NCBI GenBank assembly: GCA_001563335.1 | Contig: LRSL01000026.1 | Span: 1-24,046 of the forward strand | Length of the DNA stretch: 24,046 bases | Origin: Candidatus Thorarchaeota archaeon SMTZ1-45 | Lineage (GTDB): Archaea; Asgardarchaeota; Thorarchaeia; Thorarchaeales; Thorarchaeaceae | Reading direction: 5' to 3' | Part shown: piece after piece, positions 1 through 8,071 of the stretch | Layout of the letters: every line of letters starts with the position of its first letter | Position numbering within the stretch: the stretch's first letter is position 1 | Notes under the pieces: model-generated | Databases searched by the model: none | Told to the model about the DNA's origin: nothing | The model's input: the letters and a program-made list of their open reading frames with translations, nothing else | Program-made: the position numbers and the translations under genes

Positions 1-667
1 TCCTCGCATAGACCGATTTCAAGAACCAGATAAAAGTGAGTTGAACAGGATGCTCGCATCATGTTTTACTCGTTTTGAGGTATATGCCAAGTATTCAATA
101 AAATATCTTGACCTTCTTAAACCTGTTAGAGATGTATACGCTCACAACTACCGGTTCATCTTCTATGACGTATCTGCTCCACCTAAAAGACCACAATTCG
201 ATGAATCAGCAGTTGGACTTCTCCCACGAGTAATTGACAAATTCTTGTCAAAAGATAACATCTCTGCATCAGCACTAATGAAGAACATTAAGTATGTCGG
301 ATTCCTACAGCGCCTTGCTACAGGAAAATTGGTTTCAGAACTGACCATGTTCGAACGGTGGATCTATGTAAACATGAGAAATAGACTTTGGAATAATGAT
401 GTTCCAGTACTATCTGAAAAAATACCATATCTTTCTGTAGATGATATGAAGAGATATGGTGAAATCAGAGAATCACAGGGGTACAATTTCACCATACCAA
501 AAAGAAATGATTATGCAAAATACAGCAAGAAGAAGCAAGAGCAACTTCACAAGCGCTTCCTCTTCGAGCTACAATCACAAGGTGATAAGTTTCAACTAAT
601 AGATCTACAAAATAGAAAAATTCCTCTGAAATTTCTTGATGCGGAGGAACGGTTTTCTGAAGATTAA
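1..667 (+). CDS. Hypothetical protein, 5'-truncated by the window edge
   Basis: Frame is open from position 2 (PRIDRFQEPDKSELNR...) to TAA at 665-667, so the listed TTG at 41 is probably not the true start. No recognisable motif. Confidence 0.7.
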   Translation, partial: PRIDRFQEPDKSELNRMLASCFTRFEVYAKYSIKYLDLLKPVRDVYAHNYRFIFYDVSAPPKRPQFDESAVGLLPRVIDKFLSKDNISASALMKNIKYVGFLQRLATGKLVSELTMFERWIYVNMRNRLWNNDVPVLSEKIPYLSVDDMKRYGEIRESQGYNFTIPKRNDYAKYSKKKQEQLHKRFLFELQSQGDKFQLIDLQNRKIPLKFLDAEERFSED

Positions 668-670
668 GTA

Positions 671-713
671 TCATCAGCCTTAGGTTCTTTGGTTACCCAA
701 AAAAACCTGATGA
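671..713. terminator. Imperfect hairpin downstream of the first ORF, possible terminator
   Basis: AGGTT-C-TTTGG-TTAC-CCAAA-AA-AACCT (682-708), with alternative outer arms TCATCAG (671-677) and CTGATGA (707-713). Lies between convergent ORFs. Confidence 0.3.
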
Positions 714-927
714 CTCCAATCTTGTTGTCTTTACCTCTGCTCCAAAGATTCGTCTGTCAGGTGTTGAAAACAAGATGCCTTAGTTCTTTGCGGTTCCAGA
801 AACAGGAGTCATGGCACAGCCACGTTTAGACAACTCTTAGGCTATATAATACTCGCCAGCATTCTGCGTACTAAACCTCGTTCTTATTGTCATTCTCGAT
901 TTCCACCTTCGTTTTCCAATAGCTTCA

Positions 928-1125
928 TTATCGGATCTTAGAAACCTCTTGTACCAACAACCCTAGTATCACCATAAGCAAGAATCCCTTAATCTCGTTT
1001 AATGCCATAAAACTACTCAATGTTTCATCTATGCGGGTAATTAGGGTCATCACGTTCACAAAATCCAATATCCAGATTACGAACAGAAGGAGAAACGCAC
1101 GCTGTAAGATTCTTTTGGCATTCAT
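928..1125 (-). CDS. Small membrane protein with two predicted TM helices (65 aa)
   Basis: GGAGG 9 nt before the ATG at 1125 (MNAKRILQRAFLLLFVIWILDFV...). Two hydrophobic segments and a basic N-terminus. Confidence 0.55.
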   Translation of the reverse strand: MNAKRILQRAFLLLFVIWILDFVNVMTLITRIDETLSSFMALNEIKGFLLMVILGLLVQEVSKIR

Positions 1126-1325
1126 GTATCTCATCCTCCACTTCTTCCTAATAGTGAACAAAGATCGATATCAATCATATTGGTTCTAGAAATGGGAATT
1201 GTGTGGTCGAAGGACTAGTAGAGCACTAAAATGTGGTAGGAGGGGGGGAGTTATGTAATGAGGGCATGTTATGAAAACTAAGCCCAACCAGTCCACTCGA
1301 CCGTCATAATAATGCGACCCTCTCT

Positions 1326-1342
1326 CAATATAAATTAATATC
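1326..1342. promoter_or_regulatory. AT-rich TATA-like element, possibly bidirectional
   Basis: CAATATAAATTAATATC reads TATAAA on + and TTTATAT on -. ATGs lie ~26-27 nt away on each side (1356 +, 1307 -). Confidence 0.35.
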
Positions 1343-1355
1343 TTAGAAATAGTCA

Positions 1356-1529
1356 ATGAACTCTGTCACATTCTTCCTACTCATTCTCTCTCAGGACTTT
1401 CTACAGATTTCTGATGAAACCATAGACTTGGTCCTTTTGAAACTTGATTTAGAGTCTGATGAGTGTGTCTGGAGCAGAGAGGCATGGTCTTCAATAACTG
1501 AGGAGAAGTTTCCAAAAATCAGGGGATAG
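1356..1529 (+). CDS. Possible small leaderless ORF (57 aa, MNSVTFFLLILSQDFLQISDETIDLVLLKLDLESDECVWSREAWSSITEEKFPKIRG)
   Basis: Below the ORF-track cutoff. ATG is ~26 nt after TATAAA. No homology recognised. Confidence 0.25.
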   Translation: MNSVTFFLLILSQDFLQISDETIDLVLLKLDLESDECVWSREAWSSITEEKFPKIRG

Positions 1530-1641
1530 TGCATATCTCTAACCCGACTTTTTCGCTTCTCTGAAAACGAACTAACGAAAGAAGTCTAATAGGCTGTAAG
1601 AATGACTATCGATGCTGAGTTATGTTCGAGGTAGTAAATCT

Positions 1642-2955
1642 CTATTTGACTGCAATCCTGTATGTTTCATCAATCATATTGAGATTTTCCAGTTCCCGAA
1701 GGTCCGCCATTGTGACACACAAGACGTTCTTTATTGATTCCCTTTTCACCAAGGGATACGTTGTTATTAGTACTGGTATAGTCCATTGATATCTATGAGC
1801 AGACTCTAGAAACTCTTGTGGATGTGAGCTCACATACTCGGCTTTTTTCGCAATCTTTGTGGCAAATTCAAGACCTTGCTCCTTTCGTTTCGTTATAAAA
1901 CCTCTTCCATTGACATCTGGATGATACGCCTTACATTCGAAGACCAAAAGATATGGAGGTGATCCAGCAATAATATCGTATTCTGCCTTCATTTCACCCT
2001 TCACAATTTCCTCCATTACCACTCTGTTCCGTTCAATTATTTCAAATCCCAGATTCTCTAAGATCTCGCAAACCTGGTTTTCAAATAGATGCCCCTTCCC
2101 TTTGACAAATGCTCCATGACGTTTCCTGAACATGTAAACATATCTCTCAAAGGAATCCTCTAGAACTTGAGGCATTACGAAGTAGTTCTCATCTATCTTG
2201 ACTACAGGCGACCAAAAGAGTGCTCGTTCTGATAATTGATTCAAGCGCCAGAGGGGTTTCGCTAAATACGCTTCTGCCTTTTCTCTGTCAAATTCCAGAA
2301 GGTTCAGGATTTCTTCTCTATTTTCAATCTCCTTCAGACTCTCCAGAACAACATTCTTGTTGACAAAGAGTCCGTGGTAAAAGGAGTGTTTCAAGAGAAT
2401 ATTGATTGTGTCTATAAAATCATTCCATCCGACATTGAGGTCCCTCCTAAAAACTTCATCAAGATATTGATACTTATCCTTGACATGAAGATATTTTTCA
2501 TCCAAAGCTGATGGACTGTTAATTAGATGAAACTGGCTATCACCAACATGATGTGTAATTGCCTGTTCATAATCTTCTGAAATATCACCCAAGATGTGCT
2601 TGATACTCAGACTTCCCCTATCCTGAGCAGATACCAGCATCGAATGAGCTGACTCAATGAGTGCGCTCAGAATTTTGGGTGTGGAGATAGCTGCACCATT
2701 GCAGTTTGTCATGGCTAAGGCTATGAGGTATTCAGATGCCAGAACTCGACTTCCGACTTGTGCAATATCCTGCCATCTAGGATGTTCTGCAAAAGAAACA
2801 GATCCTTCTGAAGACTCTTTTGAAATCCTTACAAGTTCCATCTGAAATCTTTGGCGACTGTAATTCAAGTCTTTCATGAGGTCAGCAATTAGAAGTTCCT
2901 TATGAAAGACTGAAACCGTACGCGTCAACTGAGAAAGGGCGTCTTCGTCTAGCAT
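1642..2955 (-). CDS. Protein with C-terminal PD-(D/E)xK nuclease domain (NERD / restriction-endonuclease-like)
   Basis: KGHLFENQVCEILENLGF...AEYDIIAG...LLVFECKAY gives the E...D...ExK catalytic pattern. The N-terminal ~280 aa look helical and are unrecognised. Confidence 0.7.
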   Translation of the reverse strand: MLDEDALSQLTRTVSVFHKELLIADLMKDLNYSRQRFQMELVRISKESSEGSVSFAEHPRWQDIAQVGSRVLASEYLIALAMTNCNGAAISTPKILSALIESAHSMLVSAQDRGSLSIKHILGDISEDYEQAITHHVGDSQFHLINSPSALDEKYLHVKDKYQYLDEVFRRDLNVGWNDFIDTINILLKHSFYHGLFVNKNVVLESLKEIENREEILNLLEFDREKAEAYLAKPLWRLNQLSERALFWSPVVKIDENYFVMPQVLEDSFERYVYMFRKRHGAFVKGKGHLFENQVCEILENLGFEIIERNRVVMEEIVKGEMKAEYDIIAGSPPYLLVFECKAYHPDVNGRGFITKRKEQGLEFATKIAKKAEYVSSHPQEFLESAHRYQWTIPVLITTYPLVKRESIKNVLCVTMADLRELENLNMIDETYRIAVK

Positions 2956-3264
2956 TTAAACATCTATCCGACTCAATCATTTCCTCATGAGTTCTAAAAT
3001 GGTAATTAATTCATATCAAAGTTCTTTCCAACTGTACGTCGGAGCCTTATGAAGTACTGTCAGATTGTATATTAATTACGCACCTTCTCCACTTGTCTAG
3101 GAAAAAAGTACAAACAGTTTCATTCTCACTTAAGGCATTATGAGCTCTGTTGATGGATATAGTGCCTGTCATAGGTTTGGTAGCTCCAAGTTTTCATCAC
3201 ATGATAAGCGGGATTGTACCTGAGGATCTATTGAAGCGTTCAGACAGATGAGTGCTAAGCTACA

Positions 3265-3456
3265 TGTAAAGATAGAGAAGTAGTACGAATTGACATAGTT
3301 CTAATTACTGGCACTTGGGGTTATCTATGTAACGGGATTATTCAAGAAACTCGAATGGAGTTTTCCCATTTACAAGCCTCCTTAGAATATCCCGAGGTTG
3401 GTTGCAACCTCTGCAGCACTGTACTCAGGTGCTAATCTCACTAATGTCTTCTTTTG
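3265..3456. repeat. Direct repeat copy 1 (att-like): rpl23 3' end, SD/ATG hairpin and conserved block
   Basis: Aligns without gaps to 6874-7065 at offset 3609, with 23 mismatches in 192 nt by manual count. Confidence 0.95.
3382..3456 (-). pseudogene. Duplicated 3' fragment of rpl23 (QKKTLVRLAPEYSAAEVATNLGIF*)
   Basis: 73/75 nt identical to 6991-7065 (one synonymous change, one Ala>Thr). No in-frame start upstream before an in-frame TGA. Confidence 0.9.
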
Positions 3457-3511
3457 GGTTTTATTGTGTTGCAATAGGCCAGCTGGGAAGACATGAAGAT
3501 GTCATTGAGTG

Positions 3512-4189
3512 TCATCCGGATATCAGAGTCACCCTGATTGAGTAGGAGAACCATGTGCTCCCATAGAACTGGCTCGCCCAGACAGTGGCTTGGAATGGGA
3601 CACCTGTGCTCATATTCAATGTAGCATTCCACCCATGTCCTGCATCAATGTTGTAAGTCCTGTAACCGATTGAGAATGTTGACAAGCCACTGGAGGACAG
3701 ATAGGTGTCACATTGATACATATCTGTCGTGTCGGGATAGAATCCATCAATGCTGGTCCATCCTCCAACAGGCAAGATGGAATGGGATATCAGATCGTTG
3801 AGAAACAGATAGTCTTCACTTGGCAATTCGGTATTATTTACCAACTCAATAGGAGATATCAGACTCGTTTTGGTGTGCTCAATCACCCGGTCCACGAATG
3901 TATCAGATGTGAAGTCGGATGCCAAAGCAGGTAAATCATTGATTTTGACTGTGAATGAAGAACCATTGAGGTACCAATACGGTGCTTCAGAATCATTCCA
4001 GATAGAACCATTCGAAGGATCAAACACTCTCACAAACCCCTCAACCTCAACTGCGAATGACAGCGTGTCACCTTCACTGACCTGCCACTGCATAGTCGTG
4101 GACGACATGACCATTAATGCAACACTCCCAGCGGCAACGATTGTAATCACGAGTAAAGCCGATATTCTCTTGAAACTAGTCTTCATCAT
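3512..4189 (-). CDS. Membrane-anchored or secreted hypothetical protein
   Basis: N-terminal KR followed by a hydrophobic helix (ISALLVITIVAAGSVALMVM), then a beta-rich, Ser/Thr/aromatic-rich domain. Start probably ATG 4189 or 4186 rather than GTG 4198. Confidence 0.8.
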   Translation of the reverse strand: MMKTSFKRISALLVITIVAAGSVALMVMSSTTMQWQVSEGDTLSFAVEVEGFVRVFDPSNGSIWNDSEAPYWYLNGSSFTVKINDLPALASDFTSDTFVDRVIEHTKTSLISPIELVNNTELPSEDYLFLNDLISHSILPVGGWTSIDGFYPDTTDMYQCDTYLSSSGLSTFSIGYRTYNIDAGHGWNATLNMSTGVPFQATVWASQFYGSTWFSYSIRVTLISG

Positions 4190-4199
4190 ACTACACACC

Positions 4200-6626
4200 C
4201 TACCCTGGATTAATTCTAGACATGGTTTCTTTTGAAGACAACAGAAGCGGTAGGGCGTTCGGTATTTTGATCGTTGTCACCACAGGAAGAAACATTGCGT
4301 AGCTGGTCTGAATTGATTCACCAGTAAGAGTTTCCAATTCCATACCGCTTGATGCTGTCATCATCGGATTTGTTACAGTGTCAAAATGATACCAAAGCCT
4401 AAGGTTGAGAACGCGCAGATCGCTGCTGTGAAAGGTATACGTAGAGGCTCGTGCGAACTGTAGTCCAATGTACTTAATTAAACGGTTTCTCTCTCCTGCT
4501 GGAGTTGTAAAATGTGTATGACTCTGAGGCGTATCATCATCAAGCTCACTTTTTAGACTCCAAGCAGTGTGTGGATGAGGATCGAACCAGAACCTCCACT
4601 TCGCTATCCAGCTGTTTGAATGGGAACCCTCATACCACTCGTCATGTGTTGTACCTATACGCCAATAATCTAAGTAAGCCCTAGAAGTACTAGAATACCA
4701 AGAATCATACAGACAAAAGACCATTGACAACTCCTTATTCTCATCGTATAGAATTACAACCAAGTCGCCCATTCTATTTGGAGTGTCAGACAGTTCCAGA
4801 ATGGCCTCAAGAGCACGGAGGTCGCAGAGTGGGATAGAAGTCGGAAGGGTCTTGATAAACAAGGGACCATGTTTCCACTCAGATGAGGACTGTATTCCTG
4901 AACAATAAAGATATCCTGATTGACTGTAGAGGTTTCCTGATATGTCTAGAGTCCTATAAGTTTCAAAGCCATCAGCGGGATAAACGCGAGTCCATGTTGA
5001 TGTTGATGAGCAAGGATCATGCCACACGGTTTCGTAGTATGCTCCACGCAGCCAGTGCCACAAGCAGTATGTAGGTGCTTCGACAGGAGCTCCTGCAGAG
5101 AAAACACAGGGGTAATTCGGACAGGTTGTTTCTCCAATATAGTGAGGCATACCCAAATAGTGACCAAACTCGTGCATTAAGACTGCGCGTCTTTGCCAGC
5201 TAATTGAATATCCATATTGATTACACCAATCTATCCATGCCTGGTCCGCAACAGCAATAGTGTCACCGCCATAGAATCCTGCATTACCCTCGATGTAATG
5301 AACGAAGACACACCATAACCAATCGACATCACCTGCAGCTTCTGTCCAATGACCTAAATGACTAAAATACTGTGACTTGACCGACCACCAGTCGAAGTTT
5401 TGTGTAATAGTATCAGGGATGACTGAAGAAGACAAGCTTTGATCTAGAACGCAATCGACCCTATGATATGAGTGGGTTTTAAAAAAAGTTTCCAGATATT
5501 CTAATGCCTCGGAATCGGGTTGATGGTCATAACGATAGTCGATTTCGAGTGACGCTCCATCATGGTGAACCAGCATAACCGTGATTTTTTTGGCATATTC
5601 AGTACTTGAACATGAGAAGATATCAATAGTAATTTGATGAATTTCGCCATCGGGAAAATCACCCAGAGATATTTCATAATTCCCAGGAGAACTCCCCATG
5701 AAGACCAATCGGGAATCTAGATATACAAAGCATGAACGTGTTATACCATCCCATCCATTTTCAGTTTTTAGATTCAGGATTGTATTTGGTCCTGTTTCAA
5801 CTAGATACTCCATCTTGGAATGTTCTGATTGATGAGTGTACTCGCATTTCACATCGAGAGGTATATCTGCTGTATTATAGACCCAGAAGTACTCCAGTTT
5901 CCATGCTTTCTCAACATATGCTCCCCAATTAATTTGGATTCTAATGGTATGCACACCTCCCCACCATATTATTGGAGTCCATATGTCATCATGGAATCCT
6001 GTTGAACCGATAATGCATGAATAGAACTGACTTCCGTCCAAGCTCACCGTAAGAGTTCGAGCATATGTATCAGCAGCACGTGCTATCTCAAGATGAATTC
6101 GATATTGTGCACCCCACCAGCTGTCAGCCTCGAAATCAAAGTACATTTTTGAGTATCCAGTAAATGGAAAATAGTGTCCTTTCTTCGCAAAAGTCAAAGG
6201 AGTCATAAGATTGCCAGATTGCTGCGGCTCAGACTCAATCTGAGCGGCAGGAGGAGGTATTTCTTGGATTATATACTCGCAGTTGTTATCAACAGTGTAG
6301 TTCAAATCTTGATGGTCTGATGGTTCATCTTCCAGTAGGACAACAGCCCAAGATGGAATTGCAACAGCAGTCGTTATATTTTGATCCTTTTTTTCGTTTT
6401 CCCAGTCTGTTTCCATAAACCTCGTAATACACGGAATTGACCAGTCCTCAATTTCTTGCATTGGTTCATCAGAGAGAACGGACGGTAGATCGATATACTG
6501 CCGCTCTAATACTTCACTCTCTGATACTCTATCGTTTCTCGATACGGCTGCTACGGGATCTCCCATGGATAATGTTAAAATTAGCATTATAATGGCTAAT
6601 ATACTCGAAACTAGCTTCTTATTCAT
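4200..6626 (-). CDS. Secreted multidomain zinc metalloprotease (metzincin-like)
   Basis: Signal peptide MNKKLVSSILAIIMLILTLSMG. HExxHxxGxxH motif HEFGHYLGMPH at 5142-5174. Flanked by beta-rich domains. GGAG upstream of the start. Confidence 0.8.
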   Translation of the reverse strand: MNKKLVSSILAIIMLILTLSMGDPVAAVSRNDRVSESEVLERQYIDLPSVLSDEPMQEIEDWSIPCITRFMETDWENEKKDQNITTAVAIPSWAVVLLEDEPSDHQDLNYTVDNNCEYIIQEIPPPAAQIESEPQQSGNLMTPLTFAKKGHYFPFTGYSKMYFDFEADSWWGAQYRIHLEIARAADTYARTLTVSLDGSQFYSCIIGSTGFHDDIWTPIIWWGGVHTIRIQINWGAYVEKAWKLEYFWVYNTADIPLDVKCEYTHQSEHSKMEYLVETGPNTILNLKTENGWDGITRSCFVYLDSRLVFMGSSPGNYEISLGDFPDGEIHQITIDIFSCSSTEYAKKITVMLVHHDGASLEIDYRYDHQPDSEALEYLETFFKTHSYHRVDCVLDQSLSSSVIPDTITQNFDWWSVKSQYFSHLGHWTEAAGDVDWLWCVFVHYIEGNAGFYGGDTIAVADQAWIDWCNQYGYSISWQRRAVLMHEFGHYLGMPHYIGETTCPNYPCVFSAGAPVEAPTYCLWHWLRGAYYETVWHDPCSSTSTWTRVYPADGFETYRTLDISGNLYSQSGYLYCSGIQSSSEWKHGPLFIKTLPTSIPLCDLRALEAILELSDTPNRMGDLVVILYDENKELSMVFCLYDSWYSSTSRAYLDYWRIGTTHDEWYEGSHSNSWIAKWRFWFDPHPHTAWSLKSELDDDTPQSHTHFTTPAGERNRLIKYIGLQFARASTYTFHSSDLRVLNLRLWYHFDTVTNPMMTASSGMELETLTGESIQTSYAMFLPVVTTIKIPNALPLLLSSKETMSRINPG

Positions 6627-6873
6627 TCATACTCAAACTCCCAACAACTACGATTTATGCAGTAGCTACACGACGCTATTACTATTGTGCATCATCTTAA
6701 ATCCTCTTCGCTTCTGAGGGTTCTGTCACAAAACTCATGAGTTTCGTAACGCGAGAAAGTTTGCATCCCTGCATCATACCTGACCACCTTGGACAAGGTT
6801 TCCACGTTTCTTCTGTTGTCACATCTTAATCTCGGGTTTCTCCGAATAAGTCTGAGGTTCTTCTTCAACTGGG

Positions 6874-7065
6874 TGTAAAGATGGATGAGCAGTACGAATT
6901 GACACATTTCTAATTACTGGCACTTGGTGTCATCTGCGGAACTAAATCATTCAGGAGGCTCGAATAGAGTTTACCCATTCACAAGCCTCCTTAAAATATC
7001 CCGAGGTTGGTTGCAACCTCTGCAGCACTGTACTCAGGTGCTAATCTCACTAATGCCTTCTTTTG
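6874..7065. repeat. Direct repeat copy 2 (att-like), overlapping the functional rpl23 3' end
   Basis: Partner of 3265-3456. Confidence 0.95.
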
Positions 7066-7254
7066 TCCGTTGGGCATTATGAGCGTGTTGACTTTCTCGA
7101 CCACAACTTCATAGAGGGTTTCAACAGCCCACTTGATTGTGTTCTTGTTTGCGGATCGAACAACATAGAAGATGAGCTTGTTCTCTGCATCTACAGCCTC
7201 GAGACTGGCCTCTGTCACAACAGGGCGAATGATGATTTCATTTGGATCTCTCAT
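6991..7254 (-). CDS. rpl23: 50S ribosomal protein uL23
   Basis: IIIRPVVTE...NKLIFYV...KKALVRL...EVATNLGIF. GAGGTGA SD before ATG 7254. Follows rpl4. Confidence 0.97.
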   Translation of the reverse strand: MRDPNEIIIRPVVTEASLEAVDAENKLIFYVVRSANKNTIKWAVETLYEVVVEKVNTLIMPNGQKKALVRLAPEYSAAEVATNLGIF

Positions 7255-7264
7255 TTTGGTCACC

Positions 7265-8056
7265 TCAAGCGAACAGATTCTCCTTCTCAAGCCTATCAAT
7301 GGCAGACTTTGTCCAGACCACTAGGCGTCCTGGATGTGTCCCAGGAGCGAGAAGTTCTGCGTTTAGCCCATGAACCTCTGTAATGTCAACTCCCGGGAGA
7401 TTTCTAACAGCTCTTGTGATGCCCAAGTCTTCACCAACAACAATGAGCAGTGACTTGGGAGTCTTCATTTTACGACCACGCATCTTGCCCTTACCAGCTC
7501 TGACACTACGGCCATCTCTTGCTCTGTCAAGATCATCAGCTAGACCTAAGAAGACCAATGCCTCAAAGGCATCCTTTGTTGTGGACAAAGACTCAAGCTT
7601 ACTATCAACAACCAATGGTATCTCAGGAACATTATCTATATTGTGACCCCGTGCCTTAACGAAGGTGGGATTTGCAGAAGCTGATATTGCTGATCGGATA
7701 GCCAGTCGGTTTTCTTTTGCATTAATCCGCTCAACGATAACCTTCCTAGATTCCGGAGGATGTGCGACTCTCCCTCCAACAGTGCCAGGAGCAAACCCTC
7801 CTTTGTTGGCTGCACTTGTTCCACTTCCTTTGATTCTAGGCACCCTTGATTTCCCGTGTCCAGTCTGCCAACTCTGAGCTGTATTTCGCTTGCCAGCTAG
7901 TTCATCAACTCCATGAGGTTGATACCTTCGTGATTGGATTGCTAAAACAGCCCTCTTAATCACATCTGGACGATATGGTGTGTCAAACTGTGACGGTAGT
8001 TTTACTGTTTCCTTTGTTGCCTTACCCTTCAATGAATATGTCTTTACGCTTGCCAT
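7265..8056 (-). CDS. rpl4: 50S ribosomal protein uL4
   Basis: RPDVIKRAV, GHGKSRVPR, RAGKGKMRGR and LLAPGTHPGRLVVWT are archaeal/eukaryotic uL4 motifs. Start ATG 8056 (alternatives 8062/8065). Confidence 0.97.
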   Translation of the reverse strand: MASVKTYSLKGKATKETVKLPSQFDTPYRPDVIKRAVLAIQSRRYQPHGVDELAGKRNTAQSWQTGHGKSRVPRIKGSGTSAANKGGFAPGTVGGRVAHPPESRKVIVERINAKENRLAIRSAISASANPTFVKARGHNIDNVPEIPLVVDSKLESLSTTKDAFEALVFLGLADDLDRARDGRSVRAGKGKMRGRKMKTPKSLLIVVGEDLGITRAVRNLPGVDITEVHGLNAELLAPGTHPGRLVVWTKSAIDRLEKENLFA

Positions 8057-8071
8057 AACCATCAACCTCTC

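Larger units (their letters stand above)
3457..7065. mobile_element. Putative integrated cassette or mini-island (3609-bp unit) at rpl23, no integrase encoded
   Basis: Bounded by direct repeats containing the rpl23 3' end. Carries two accessory genes. Similarity stops abruptly at the rpl23 Gln codon (7065/3456). Confidence 0.7.

Noticed and set aside
1411-1501. Two CTGATGA and a CTGA, suggesting a box C/D sRNA or hammerhead ribozyme
   Set aside because: No convincing D'/C' boxes or guide spacing, and no hammerhead stem II/GAAA geometry.
3134-3153. GGCATTATGAGC..TGTTGA matches rpl23 7073-7091, just beyond the repeat boundary; possible older att scar
   Set aside because: Only 12 identical nt plus a short gapped extension, and out of register with the repeat. 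Compatible with chance.
6692-6907. 71-aa ORF overlapping the repeat end, and the many short antisense or alternate-frame ORFs in the track
   Set aside because: No SD or motif. Most are shadows of well-supported genes, and the 17861-18049 ORF overlaps tRNA-Trp.
6910-6978. Micro-ORF MGKLYSSLLNDLVPQMTPSASN after a strong SD, considered as a functional peptide
   Set aside because: The other copy stops after 14 codons with several replacements. The RNA fold is conserved, not the peptide.
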